The notes under the pieces: generated by a model
What the model saw: only the letters and a program-made list of their open reading frames with translations
What the model was told of the DNA's origin: nothing
Database searches by the model: none
In this document: positions 37,701 to 52,700 of the stretch, piece by piece
Layout: the number at the start of each line of letters is the position of its first letter
Numbering within the stretch: the first letter of the stretch is position 1
Assembly: GCA_026770705.1 (NCBI GenBank)
Contig: JANJGN010000005.1
Location: 44,020,001-44,084,000 of the forward strand
Origin: Isurus oxyrinchus
Taxonomy: Eukaryota
Reading direction: 5' to 3'
Length of the DNA stretch: 64,000 bases
Translations under genes and position numbers: made by a program

Positions 37701-40700
37701 TATCATCAGGACTTCAGTTAATATTTACATAAACACGTACATACAAACACATAGATATATACACAGAACAGAGAACAGGGGTTAACAGAAAATTTTAATG
37801 TTACACTGTAGGAACAGAATGACATGGGAGGGAGGGCATTAGCCTTTGGCCTTTGAACTTAGAAAGTTGGGTTCAATTCCATCTCAAAGTCATGAGAAGA
37901 AAGTTTCATCGTTACTGTTTGTAACTGAACTTTGTATATAGTTTCTATATAGTTCCAATTGGTCATGAGCCTAAAGTGGACAAGTGTCTGTAACGTACAC
38001 TGCAGTGGCAGGCTCACACGGTAAGTTCACAGAACAGCCGATGTGAGAAACTCTGGGAGGATGGTTCCAAGGTTGGAGCCAAAGCATATTGTTGGGCAGA
38101 GCAGAGAGAACTTACTCCTGGCTTGTGAGTGCTGTTTATATCCTCTCCCTTTTTATGTACAAAACAAAATCACCAATACCTAGTTTTAAATTGAAAAGGA
38201 AATGACGTTATTGCTATTACAGAGACTTGGTTGAAGGATGGACAGGATCGGCAGATACACATTCCAGGATTTAAATGTTTCAGGCAGGACAGACAGGGAT
38301 GGAGAAGAGGTGGGGGAGTCGCACTGCTGGTTAAGGAGAATATCACAGCTGTACGACAAGAGAACACCTTGGAGGGTTCATGCAGCGAGGCAATAAGGGT
38401 AGAGCTCCGGAATAGGAAGGATGCAGTCACAATGTTGGGGGTTTACTATAGGCCCCCAATTGCCAGCGGGAGATTGAGGAACAGTTATGTAGACAGATTT
38501 TGGAAAGATGTAAAAGCAATAGGGTTGTTGTGGTGGGTGATTTTAATTTTCCCTATATTGACTGGGAATCACTTAGTGCTAGGTGTTTGGATGGTGCAGA
38601 ATTTGTAAGGTGCATCCAGGAGGCTTCCTGAGACAATATGTAGATAGTCCAACTGGGGAAGGGGCAATATTGGACCTGGTATTAGGGAATAAACCCGGCC
38701 AGGTGGTTGAAGTTTCAGTAGGGGAGCATTTCGGGAAAAGTGACCATAATTCAGTAAGTTCCAAGGTACTGGTGGATAAGGATAACAGGAGTCCTCAGGT
38801 TAAGGTGCTTAATTGGGGGAAGGCTAATTATAACAATATTAGGCAGGAACTGAGGAATCTAGACTGGAGGCGGATGTTTGAAAGCAAATCAACAACTGAC
38901 ATGTAGGAGGCTTTCAAACGTCAGTTGATAAGAATTCAGGACCAGCATGTTCCTGCTAGGAGGAAGGATAAATATGGCAAGTTTCAGGAACCTTGGATAA
39001 CGAAGGATATTGTGAGATTAGTCAAAAAGAAAAGGGAAGCATTTGGAAGGGCTAGAAGGCTGGGAACAGATGGAGCCCATGGAGAATATAAAGAAAGCAG
39101 GAAGAAACTTAAGCAAGGAGTCAGGAGGGCTAAAAGGGGTCATGAAAAGTCATTGGCAACCAGGATTAAGTAAAATCCCAAGGCCTTTTATACATATGTA
39201 AAAAGCAAGAGGGTAGCAAGGGAAAGGGTAGGCCCACTCAGGGACGGAGCTGGGAATCTGTGTGTGGAGCCAGAAGAAATGGGAGAAATACCAAATGAGT
39301 ACTTCTCATCAGTATTCACCAAAGAGAAGGACTTAGCGGTCGATTTGTCTAGGGAAGAGTGTGTAGATGGCCTGGATCATGTCGAGATCAAAAAAGAGGA
39401 GGTGTTAGGCGTCTTGAAGAATATTAAGGTGGATATGTCCCCAGGGCCAGATGGGATCTACCCCAGAGTACTGAGGGAGGCAAGGGAGGAGATTGCTGGG
39501 GCCTTGACAGAAATCTTTGTATCCTCACTGGCTACGGATGAGGTCCCAGAGAACTGGAGAATGGCCAATGTTGTTCCATTGTTTAAGAAGGATAGTAGGG
39601 ATAAATCAGGAAATTACAGGCCAGTGAGCCTTATGTCAGTGGTAGGAAAATTATTGGAGAAGATTCCCTGTGACAGGATTTACTACATTTGGGCTTATTA
39701 GTGAGAGACAGCATGGTTTTTTGAAGGGGACGTCGTGTCTCACTAACTTGGTCGAGTTTTTCGAGGAAGTGACAAAGATGATCGACGATGGAAGGGCAGT
39801 GGATGTTATCTACATGGATTTCAGTAAGGCCTTTGACAAAGTCCCTTATGGCAGACTGGTACAGAAGGTAAATTCGCATGGGATCAGAGGTGAGCTGGCA
39901 AGATGGATACAGAATTGGCTTTGTCATAGAAAACAGAGGGTAGCAGTGGAAGGGTGCTTTTCTGAATGGAGAGCTGTGACTGGTGGTGTTCCGCAGAGAT
40001 CAGTGCTGGGACCTTTGCTGTTTGTAGTATAAGTAAATGATTTGGAGGAAAATGTAACTGGGCTAATTAGTAAGTTTGCAGACAACACTAAGGTTGGAGG
40101 AGTTGCAGATAGTGAAGAGGATTGTCAAAGGATACAACGGGATATTGATCGGTTGGAGACTTGGGCGGAGAAATGGCAGAAGGAGTTTAATCCGGACAAA
40201 TACGAGGTAATGCATTTTGGAAGGTCTAATACAGGTAGGAATTATATAGTAAACGGCAGAACCCTTAAGTGCATTGATGGGCAGAGGGATCTGGGTGTAC
40301 AGATACACAGGTCACTGAAAGTGGCAACGCAGGTGGATAAGGTAGTCAGGAAGGCATATGGCATGCTTACCTTCATCGGCAGGGGTATTGAGTATAAAAG
40401 CTGGGAAGTCATACTGCAGCTTTATAGAACCTTGGTTAGGCCACACTTGGAAAATTGCATGCAATTCTGGTCACCACATTACCAGAAGGATATGGAGGCA
40501 TTGGAGAGGATGCAGAGGAGGTTTACCAGGGTGCTGCCTGGCCTGGAGGTTATTAGCTATGTTCTCATTAGAGCAACAGAGATTGAGGGGCAACTTGATA
40601 GAAGTTCACAAAATTATGAGTGGCATGGACAGAGTAGGTTGTCAGAAGCTTTTTCCCAGGATGGAAGAGTCAATTACAAGGGGAAATAGATTTAAGGTGA

Positions 40701-43700
40701 GAGGAAAAACTTTAGAGGAGATGTGCGGGGCAAGTTTTTTTATGCAGAGGGTAGTGAGTGTCTGGAATTGGCTGCCAGAGGAGGTGGTGGAAGCAAGTAC
40801 GATAGCGATGTTGAAGAGGCAGCTTGACAAATACATGAATAGGATGGGAATAGAGGGATACGGACCCTGGAAGTGCAAAATGTTTCAGTTTGACAGGCAA
40901 CGTGATCGGCGCAGGCTTGAAGGGCCGAAGGGTCGGTTCCTGTGCTGTACTTTTCTTTGTTCTTTGTTCTTTTAAGTACTCCCTAGAACATGATAGTTTC
41001 ATCCTGGAACCATGAGTGTAATATTTATAGTAGTGCAAGTTAATAATATGGGTTGTGCGATTAGATGGCCACATGTTTTTCTTTGAAGGAAATAGTCCAG
41101 GAAATTAAGCAAATGGGATAAGGAACATGCAGTTCAAATACATTCAAAGTGAGTGAAAAGTCCTATTCCATGTTTCCCATGTTATGAGAGTGAAGTCCTT
41201 TAATTCCTAGTAATGATCATTTACATCACAAACTGAGTAAAAGCTGGCAGCGCTGCACATACCCAATATACTTAGTATATGAGAGCATATTAACAGCTCT
41301 TGGCCTCTCGAGCTTCTAGCCTCCACATTAACTCCCAAATATTAGTCTCCTGTGTTCCTAGCTCTCAGTCACACTGAGTTCTCCAACTCTCCCACTCTCA
41401 GCTATCAACTTCTCACACTTCCAGCTCTCAGATTCTCACACTGATGGCTCTCAGTCTCTTGCATTCTCAATAGTCCATCTCCTACAGTGGAAATAGTTAG
41501 ACTGTCCCTCTCCCAGCTCCTCTTTTACCTACTCGTTCACTGTCCCAAATCCTCCATTCTCCTTTGCTTACTTCTGATAGCTTGACTTGTTCTCTTTCCC
41601 ATTTCCATTTGTTAGAGGCAAAGTCATGCATTCCCATCGTTTCTTGCTCATTTTGCAAAATTTCAACATCTTTCGCTCGCTTTTCCCACTTAATTTATTG
41701 TTCTCCAAATTTCCTTTAGAATCTCAGTTAATGTCACAACCTATGTGGCATAAATTTCAATCTTGAAAAGCAAAGCTGTTCCTTCAGTGAACTCACCATC
41801 CACCATCTTGCTTGTCAACATTGTGGATCAGGGCCTGTTTACAGAAAGATAGCTCATCCTCCCTCTGGGCTTTGTAATCATACAGCGCTTTAACTGTACA
41901 CTGGAAGAGAGCAGAGTCAGGGTCCCATTGAAATATGCTATTACTTTACACTCATTTAGGAACAAAAAGGTCAAGCAGTCTTCAATGTTCTCCCTCATTT
42001 TTGATTTGATCTTGAAGATTTGGACTCCTGTGTGGAGGGCAAATAGATGGCCTCCAACATGACTAACTCTTTGGTCAGCAGAAGGAGCTCAGTGAGATTA
42101 TCTGGTTCTCTGAAGGTAGGTGCCATGACTTTTTTAAATTCATTTATGGAATGTGAACATTGCTGGCTAGGCCAGCATTTATTGTCCATCCCTAATTTCC
42201 CTTGAGAAGATGGTGGTGAGCTGCCTTCTTGAATCATTGCAGTCCACTCAGGTGGAATGCAAGGAATCCAAGCCAGTGTGTAGTGCGGCTAAGTGTCTGC
42301 CGTATAACACTAGGTTAGAGTGAGATTTCTATCTTCTCTTCCACAGCAAAGATCAGACTCTGAATAGCACCAACAACAGCATTATTTGCATTTTCCATGC
42401 TGGTAACCTTATAGTTGCGAGAAATTGCCAAATAGTGCCCAGTTTTGCCCATACCAGTTAGGAACTGAGTTAAGACAGCGGCAAACTTACTCCACAGCAG
42501 GGCCTCACAGTCAACAAAGAAAAGAGATTTTCATCCCACCAGCCTGGGCTGATGCAGACCCTAGAGGTGAAAGGACAGTGTGATAGCCTATTGTACCACC
42601 CAACACCATGGACCAAGATGCTCAGACATCTACAACTTACCCTTGCAGTTGGCATCTTATTGGCTTCAACATAAAAATGAGGAGTCCGCACTTCATACAG
42701 GGCCCCATAGTCCAGTTCCTGAAAGTAATCAACAATCAGTAAGGATCACAGTCTCATGAATGAACCTCTACAACAAGAGCAGCAACTGAATGTTGAGTCA
42801 GATACCCTTATTCAGTTTTGTTTAATAATTGTAACTTTTTCAACTGTTTTGATCTTTTCTAAGTCTTATTTTTTATTGAAGAGGCAGCTGGAGTATTTAC
42901 TCTCAGGCCTGTGACCAAACTTGGCTTTAATCAGCTATGTGGCTGGTGGACTGCTATTGAATTGCCGACCAATTCCTCCTTCCTAAGAGGAGATAGCTTC
43001 CACTGCAAATTTCTTTGACAAACTTTCAAGAAAAGGAAGTAAAGGTCTTGCATTTATCTGATATCTTTTACTGATTCATAGCTGTCCCAAAACACTTCAT
43101 AGCAAATATAGGAAATACAGCAGACAAGTTTCACATAGCAAATTCCAACAAAAAACAATATGATAATGGATAGATAATCTATTTTAGTGATGTTAGTTGA
43201 GGGATAAATATTGGCCAGGAAATTAGGGAGAACTCCACTGCTCATACTGAAAAGGGACCTTATACATCTATTTGGGAGGACACAAAGAGCCTTAGTATAA
43301 CATCTCTCCTGAAAGCCGGCACTTCTGAAAATACAGAATCCCGTAGCGCACTGGGGTGTCAGCCTAGAGTATGCACTGACATCTCTAAACCCACAAACTT
43401 CTAGCTCAGAGGCAAAAGAGAGCCAATGCTGACACCTAAAATTGTATTTATTAACATACAATGATATAAATCAAATGAATCAGTACTGTGTCCAAAATTT
43501 ATCCTAAATTATATCTTGAAGTAAGTTAATGAACCAGATATGTTTATACAAAAGCCCAGCCACTACTCAAATTACCTGATTTATTGAATTCAAATTCATC
43601 CAGGATGCCGGAATGGGATTATGAAATCATATGCTCTGGGTTTCTAGGCTAGTGTTGTAACCACTAGGATACTCTACCCCACTGAACTTATTAAGTAAAC

Positions 43701-46700
43701 TGCTAAAATGGCTCACTCATCGATTTTTGTTGCCTCAGTCTGGGCTTCTCCCTCTCCAGCTGAATGGCCAGACTGATAATGCTGCTATACACCATAATTT
43801 TGTGTATATATGTCTATGTGTAAATGCGTGTTTGTGTGTGTATGCAGACCTTTATGTGTATGTATATGTGTGTAGGTTACTATGGGCAGAATTTTCACTG
43901 ACCCGACCAGCAGAAGGTCATGGGGAACCCATCATTTAGGAATTCCCCCCATCATGTTGTGGAATTTTAACTCCACACCAAATTAGTAATGTCAGTGATT
44001 GGTCCCATGCCCAGTGACCTAGGATGATTGAAAGCTGGGCCTTAAGTCGGGCGGGGAGCCAGGCACTGTTGACCAATAGTATCTCGTAAGTCCATGATGG
44101 GAATAGGGGTAATGACTGGGACTGGGGTGGTGGAGGAATGGGAGTGGCGGAAGGTTAGGGGCCAACGGGAGGGAAGGGGACTGGCCAGGTAAAGAGAAAC
44201 AACAATCATAGGGAGAGGTGATTGGAGGGGAATGCCATCTAAAGGTGGGGAGAGGAAAAGTTTACTGATCCCCTGATCCCAGTGGGGAAGTTGGGTTCTG
44301 AATGGAAGAAGGTTGGTGGCCATGTGGCAAGGGTTAGAAAGGGGCTTGGTGGAAGGGAGGAAATTGGTCCTGGTGGGAGGATCAGGGCCTGGTGGTGGTG
44401 GACGTATTAGGGACTAGTGGTTCTGGGGATTGATAGTGGGGAGGGGCATGGTAGGTCAGAGGCCTAAGGAGGGAGGCCATTGGGGGTAGGTCCTGATCAC
44501 AGAGGGACTGCAGGCATCTGGATTCAGAGGGTGAAGGTACTTCCTGAATGCATCAAGTCCTTACCTTGAGGAAGCTGCTGGATACCTCAACACCTGGGAA
44601 ATCCTATTGACAGTAGTTAAATTTCAAAAGGAGAATAACAATGAGGTTCGCAATTTCAATGGTGTTTAAAAGCTGCAACCTGCCTCTTTATGCATAGGGT
44701 TGGCTGCCCACCCAGCTTCTAGAATTAGTTACAGCTGGAATTGGGCGGGTTAGAGAAAACAGACATCCGACACTTTAACCCCCACCTCCCCCACTGATCC
44801 CCACCCCAGCCTGACTCAACTTTCCTGTTTTTTTTCAATTAAAATTCAGTGAAATTTACAATGGGAGGATGACAGTTTTGCACAAAAAGTCCCTGAGGCA
44901 CTTCTGTGCAGACCTATACTCAATGGCAAATCACTTGCCTCACATCCACTTGTCCTTCTTGGGATGTACCTGTCATTCACACAGGCATTAGGGAATTAGG
45001 AAAAAAAAACAAAAACGAAAAGTGAAGGAATAAAATCCCCACTCTTCCCACTCACTGTTGTGCCCATCTTCTCCAAGGTTTCCTCATTGATTGGGTACCG
45101 CAGTTTCATTTTACGATACAGAGGGTGCTTTTCATAATAATTCACCAGGTCCACCAGGCTCTCAAATTCTGCTGAGCTACCGAGCATGAAGAGGCGTCCC
45201 TCCTGCTGGATCCGGCAGTGTTTAATTTTCCCCTCCGCTCTAGAAATCACAGACAAGATGTGTTTTGTACATCAGACTAGAAACACATTTTCACAATGAT
45301 TAGAGGCTAGGGAGCCAATTTTCCAAGTGTATTACAACTTGCTGAATTAATTTACTGATTTTTTTTTTGAATGAATCTTCCTGTTTCTTTAAATTCTTTT
45401 TCTGCTTACTGTGATGAGGGATGTTAGTGCTGGGATTGTAAAACTTTCCCATTTCAGGTACTAGTGACAATGCAAGGCACTCTCAGGTTAGGTATAGTGC
45501 AGGTTAGACAGAAAGTAAAGCTCCCTCTGTTCAGTTTACAAGGATGTGCATCCAACCCAAACTCAGAGGAATGTCTCCTAGTGTATCAGTTTCCATTTTT
45601 CACACTAACCAAGGTGTGGCAATCTTCGAGTGAAATTGTCAAACCAGTGCTGAATTGGGAGCAGTTTTGTTTTTCAAAATGACAAAACTTAATCCATTTA
45701 AGACCCTTCCAATCAATAGGCAGATGAAATTCACATTCCATCAGTTTGGATGAGATGTGATCCTCAATCTTGCAGGTAAAATGCAAGTGGTGAACCTACT
45801 GTACCATCTATCAACTGATGACTTTTTCTCTTGTTAATGTTCATAGATGACTCGCGCAGCAGCTCTCCACTCACTGTTTGAGTTCATGACCCATTCAGCA
45901 ATCTGACTGCTTAAAGTAAAAGGACTAGTTGTGAAATCTGAGTAACTTACACAATTAATTCAGTCATAACATTCATCATCACTCACCGGAAGGATATGGC
46001 GTATGAGTTGAGCTCATTCCTTTTACGCACTAAGAAGGCTCCATCCCGCGGTACTCTCATTAGCATGTGCTCAGCCTGTAGACGTGTAAGGTTGGCATGG
46101 TACCACCTGATGGAATAACTCATCCTTATAAGTATGTTTGTATAATCACATTATATTATTTTTTCAATCACTGAGTATCCCCTCAATTTCTCAGTCTCTG
46201 ATCTCTGCCATTCCCTTTTTCTTTTCTAGGACCTGCCAAACCTGAAACCTTCATCACATAGCTGCCTGGATACATCATCACCTCAAAGTTCCCCTCTAAC
46301 TCACAGACCATTCTAACTTGGACACATATCACCAATCTTTCACTGTTGTTGGGTCAAAATCCTAGAACTCCCTAACTGTATTTACCTTCACCACATGGAC
46401 TACAAAGGTTCAAGAAGGCGGCTCATCATCATCTCCCAAAGGCAACCATAGATGGGCAATAAATGCTCACCTGGCCCACATCCTGAAAAATGATATAACC
46501 AATATAACTTATATAATATGGAAAGCATCAACCCTCTCAGTCTTCCCTCCACTTTTTAATCAGCAAGATTTTAAAACCCAAGCTTGAAGAGTCATACAGG
46601 CTCAAAATGTTAACTCTGTTTCTCTTTCTATGGATGCTGCCAGACCTGTCAAGTTTTTCTAGCACTTTCTGTTTTTATTTCAGATTTCAAGCATCTGCAG

Positions 46701-49700
46701 TATTTTGCTTTTATCATCAAAATATTGCTTGATTTTACTCATATTTTCTCTTGCACTCTTCAGCCCTAATGGTACCACACCCTGTGGACCTTAATTAGAT
46801 TCTCAATTAAAGAATACAAAAAAAACCCCATGTGTACAGACAAAGGAATCCTCTGAAGCCTTATTAAGTTCCTATGGCAACATGCATGGCAGATTACCAA
46901 CAAAAGCAACAAAAGGCCTTTACCGTTCATCTAGATTTCTCAGTTTAAAAGCTGAAATGGATATATTCTAGTTAACACTCACTCTTTGCTTTCATGAGCA
47001 TTTGGTTGTGGTACTGGGTCAGTTAGTCTCATCTCAAATTCATTACAGCGCAAAGGAACCTCCCGGTAATGACTGATCAGGGTATAGAGGCTGTCAAAGA
47101 CCAGGTTGTCAGTCAGGTAGAACTTGGTGGTGCCAGCTTCTTGTCGGGAATGGATGCGGCAGTGTTGAACCCGCCCCGACCTCCTGTGCAAATGGAATAA
47201 ATAAGTCAGATCAAAATTAATTGATAGTGGAGTGCAAGTAAAATTTTTATAAAATATCCAGGGTGCAAGTAATTCCCTGGACTTTGTTCCTCACTGACTT
47301 TATTTTGCTAAGAAATTCAAGCCTAACCAAAGGTCATTCTCCAAAATGTTCCTACACAGTAAACAATGGAATGACAGAACACAGGTCTGTCTCTCAGATT
47401 CCACATACAGTAATCACACCATTATTGAAATCTGTTCCTCCAACAGAAAATGAGAAATGGGGATGTTCGCTGATGATTGCACATTGTTCAGTACCTTTTG
47501 CAACTTCTCGGGTATTGAACCAGTTCGTGCCCATATGCAGCAAGACCTGGACAACATGCAGACTTAGGCTGATAAGTGGCATGGAACAGACATGGCACAC
47601 GAGTGCCAGGCAATGGTCTTCTTGAATAAGAGAAAATTTAACCATCTCTCCTTGACATGCAGCAGCATCACCATTACTGAAATCCCCCATGAACAACATC
47701 CTGGAGGTTACCATTGACCAGAAACTGAACCAGACCAGTTATATAAATACTGTAACTACACGAGCAGGTCAGAGGATGGGAATTCTACAGACAGTAACTC
47801 ACCTCCTGACTCCCCAAAGCCTGTCCACCATCTACAAGGCTGAAGTGAGGAGTGTGATGGAATACTCTCCACTTGCCCGGATGAGTGCAGCTCCCACAAC
47901 ACTCAAGAAGCTCGGTGCCACCCAAAATAAAGCATCCTGCTTGACTGGCACCCCATCCGCCACCTTAAACATTTATTCCCTCCACCACTGGTGCACAGCA
48001 ACAGCAGCCAGTACCATCTACAAAATGCACTGCGGCAACTCACCAAAGCTTCTTCGACAGTACATTCCAAGTACATGACCTCAACAACTTAGAGGAACAA
48101 GGGCAGCAGGCTCATAAGAACACCACCATCTGCAAGTTCCCCTCCAAATCATCACCATCCTGACTTGGAACTATATTACTGTTCCTTCAGCGTTACTGGG
48201 TCACAATCTTGGGGCTCTCTTCCTAATAGCATTGCAGGTGTTCCTACACCACATGGGTTGCAGTGGTTCAAAGAGATGGCTCTCCACCATGTAAAGGGCA
48301 TTAGGAATGGGCAATAAATGCTGGTTTTGCCAGTGATGCCCACATTTCAGGAAAGAATCAAAAAAATGCCATTTGTCCCATCGTATCTGTGCAAGCCATA
48401 CAAAAGTGATCCAGTCTAATCCCACTTTCTAGCTCTTGGTTTGTAGCCTTGTAGGTTACAGCACTTCAAATGTACATCCAAATATATTTCTAAATGCAAT
48501 GAGCATTTGTACCTCTTACATACTTTTAGTCAATAAGATCCAAACCTCCACTGCTCTCTGGGTGATAAAATTACTCCTCACTTCCTCTCTAATCCTTCTG
48601 CTAATTACCTGAAATCTGTGCCCTAGGTTTTAGTGACTTTTCAGCTAAGGGAGACCAATCCTCCCTATCGATTCTATCCAGGCCCTTCGTATTTTGTACA
48701 CTTCAAATAAATCACCTCTCAGCCTCCACTGTCCTAAAGAAAATAACCCCTCCCTATCCACTCTTTCCTCATAGCTAAAATTCTTAATTCCTGGCAACAT
48801 CCTCCTAAATCTCCTCTGTACCCTCTCTACTGCGTTCACATGCTCCCTGTAACGCAGTGATGTGAACTGAATGCAGTACTCTAGCTGTGGTCTAACTAGC
48901 ATTTCATACAGTTGTGGCATTATCCCCTGCTCTCATTTCTATACCTCAGCTAACAAAGGAAATTATCCCTTATGACTTCTTATCTATCTATCCTACTGCC
49001 TTTAAGGATCAGTGGGCATGCATTCCAAGATCCCTTTGTTCTTCTACATTTCTCGGTAGCCTACCATTTATTGTGCATCCTCTTACCTTATTCGCCATGC
49101 ACAAACATGTTACCTCACACTTATCTGATTCAACTCTATATGCCACATTACTGTTCATCTTACTGGCCCACTGATAACTTTCTGCAGTCTACAGCTTTCT
49201 TCCTCACTATCAACCATGCACCCAATTTCTGTATCATCCACAAACTTTTTAATCATAATCCCTATATTTAAATTGAAACCATTTATCTCCACTATGAAAG
49301 AAAGGGATCCAGTACTGAACCCCACTGGCAACATCTGATGCTATAGTACCAACCAATGAGTTGAGTGTCATCCATATTTGTATCGAATACAAAAAAATTT
49401 TCTTCAGTGCTGTAAATGATACTTCTTTCTGTTGTCAGCATTAATTACACTGAGATCATCTAAATCTTCATGTAGACACAGAATAAATCTCTAGGACAGT
49501 TTTTTCGCTTCATCAGGCGGCTGTGAAACAGTGCACCACCTGGAATCGGGCCCCGACTGCGATTTTACGCTCACTGGCCAATTAATGGCCAGCTGGCATG
49601 AAAGGCACACTGAGAACCTCAACGCTGCTGAGGTGGGGGCAGGAGGAGTGCAAGCACTAAAGTCTGCACATGCACAGGGCAGCGCACGCTGGAAGCTCCC

Positions 49701-52700
49701 TGAAGACACAGAGCTGCCTCAGGGAGCTGAAGAATTTTACAATGAAAAATAAAGATTTTAAAAATGAGGGAAACATGACCCCATATGTGATTCAGTCACA
49801 TGAACAGGGACATATTAAAAATGTTGTAAAAATTTTATTTTTTTTAAATTGTTGTTGGATATCTTATCCAGCCTGTGGATGAAGCTTCCTAAAAAATGTA
49901 AAGGCCACCTGGTTAATTCACGCACCCAACAACCTTCAGGTTGGAGGGCAGTGAAAAATACAAATTAATTGTTAGCTTAATGGCCTTAATAGGCCTCTTA
50001 ATTGTCAGCGGGCACACTGCCAACTCTCTCGCATGCCCGCTGACTGGAATATCACGCGAGTGCCTGATGACATCTGGACGCTTGCCTGACGTCATCACAC
50101 ACTACTTTAATCCTAGAATCAAATCCTGGTCCCAGAGCTGAATCTACAGTGTGCTAATTATAACCATTTGATAGTACAGAATTTGAGTATTGCTGCAAAA
50201 AAGAGACTTTTTTTTGATGCTTTTGTCTTGCACTCATCAGGACAATTCATAAGAAAACACCAATGTCAGGGGAAGCAACATACTTATGCTGCATGAGAAG
50301 AGAATGCTGATTGGTTGGCAAGTGGACTATGATAAGTGGAGGCATTTCCATGGGGAATGCACCAGTTGATTGTGACTGAGAGTTAACTGCCAAGCATTGT
50401 GTGAAATTTAAGCCAAGCAGCTTGACCAGCGAATGGCTGTCACTTTGTTTGTTTAGCTGAAACAGGGACATTGGCCACTGTCCAATCAGAGTCCACTTGC
50501 CAACTAATCAGCACTCTCTTCTCATACAGTATAAAAATGTTGTTCCCCATGACATTGGTAGTTTTTTGCGAATTGTCCCAATGAGTATAAGATGAAAAGC
50601 TTTGAAAAATCAGTCACTTTTCTTCAGCAATATTCAAGTGTGCTAATTGTTTACGCCACTCAGCTCCTGTCCTTCTGCATAGCCTCTCACTTCACTTAAG
50701 ACTTCTACTCCTCTCAGACCTAGCCAATACTGAGTATGTAAAAAAAAAGTATTTTAATGATAAATCATTATCCAGTTTACAAGGCAGCCGGTCCCTGCTG
50801 ACAGATTTACATTTGCCAGCTGTCAGACTAGAATCAAACTGTGGTGATGTCATTTTACAATAACACAAATTTTTCAAAATTACATGAAAATCATTTAATT
50901 GTTTCTATATGAACACAACTAACATGTTTTCAAAACATGCTAACTAAGAAAGATTACAGGTGCTATGGGGTGAGATTTATTGCACTGTTTGGTGTATTTG
51001 CAACAATGGAAACGGGGCATGTTAAATTTTGCAACAGGAAAATTGGGCTGAAGCCACGATTTCTAGATTTCTGAATTGCTCCTTGCATTCCCTGTGCTAT
51101 TTCGCGGTTCCTATAATCCAATGGCTGAATCACTATGGTTGTAGAGAGGGCTGCAAACTAAATAGAGAGGGGGATGGTTCTGGAAAGGGAATATATAGAC
51201 TTACAAAGCCAAAGGACATGGCAGCCTTGCAGGGCAGCTATTTAGATATTTAGAGCATGACAGGAAGGGACAGAGTGTACAAACATTTTTTAAAAAGCAT
51301 CAAATAGGGTCAAAATGGGAAAAGAATGGCAAAAAGGTAAAATTAATGGCTCTTTACTTAAATGCACATAGTATTCAGAACAAAATAAATGAATTAACGG
51401 CACAAATAGAGGTTAATGGGGTATGATCGTATAGCCATTATGGAGAAGTGGTTACAAGGAAATCAAAGTTGGGAACTAAATATTCAGGGGTATGTGACTG
51501 TTTGAAAGGACAGGCAGAAAGGAAAGGGTGGTGGGGTAGCTTTATTAGTACAAGATGGAATAAGAACCATATACAAGAAAGGATCTTGGATCGAAAGATG
51601 TAGAATCCATATGGGTGGAGGTAAGAAATAACAGGGGGAAGAAGACACTGGTGGGAGTAGACTATAAGCCCCCTGACAGTAGCTATCCTGTAGGACAGGG
51701 ACAAATCAGAAGATAATGAGGGCATGTAAAAACGGCAGTACATTAACCATGGATGACTCTAATCTTCATGTAGATTGGGAAAACCAAATTGGCAGAGGTA
51801 GACACGAGCAAGAATTCTTGGAGGAGAATTCCCCCCCCCATTGGCGGGGAGGGGGGTTCTGTGCGGGGGTGGGCGGGAGCTGTCGTGGAGCCGATCAGTG
51901 CCCCCAATCGGGTCCGCGCTGCCATCTTACTTGGGTGAGCCAATTAAGGCCCGCCCAGTATGACATGCGCCCAGAAGCAGGTGAGTGGGGTTTGCTTGCA
52001 TCTGTTTCCCTTGTTCTTCTAGGTGGTAGAGGTTGCAGGTTTGGAAAGTGTTGTCGAAGGAGCCTTGGTGTGCTGCTACAGTGCAAGTTGTATATGGTAA
52101 ACACTGCAACCATTGTGCATCAGTGGTGGAGGGAGTGAATAATTAAGGTGGTGGATGGGATGTCAATCAAGCAGGTTGCTTTGTTCTGGATGTTGTTGAG
52201 TTTATTGAGTGTTGTCAGAGCTGCACTAACGCTGAATTGTGCTTTTTTGATGGCGGATAGGTGTTGCAGAGTCAGGAGGTGGGGTTACTTGCCACAGATT
52301 TCCTAGCCTTTGATCTGCTCTTGTAGCCACAGCATTTATATGCCTGGTCCAGTTCAGTTTCTGGTCTATAGTAACCCCCAGGATGTTGATAGTGGGGGAT
52401 TCAGTGATGCTAATGCCTTTAAATGTCAAGGGGAGATAGTTAGATTCTCTTGTTGGGATGGTCATTGCCTGGCACTTGTATGGCATGAATGTTGCTTGTC
52501 ACTTATCTGTCCAAGCCTGAACGTTGTCCAGGTCTTGCTGGATGTGGTCAAGGACTGATTCAGTATCTGAGGAGTCATGAATGTTGCTGAACATTTGAAA
52601 TCATAAGCAAACATCCACCTTATGATGAAAGGAAGGTCATTGATGAGGTAACTGAAGATGGTTGGGTCTAGGACATTACCCTGAGAAACTCCTGCAGTGA

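Noticed and set aside
38190-40972. Active CR1 element
   Set aside because: 5'-truncated, several in-frame stops and frameshifts, and the catalytic FADD reads FADN.
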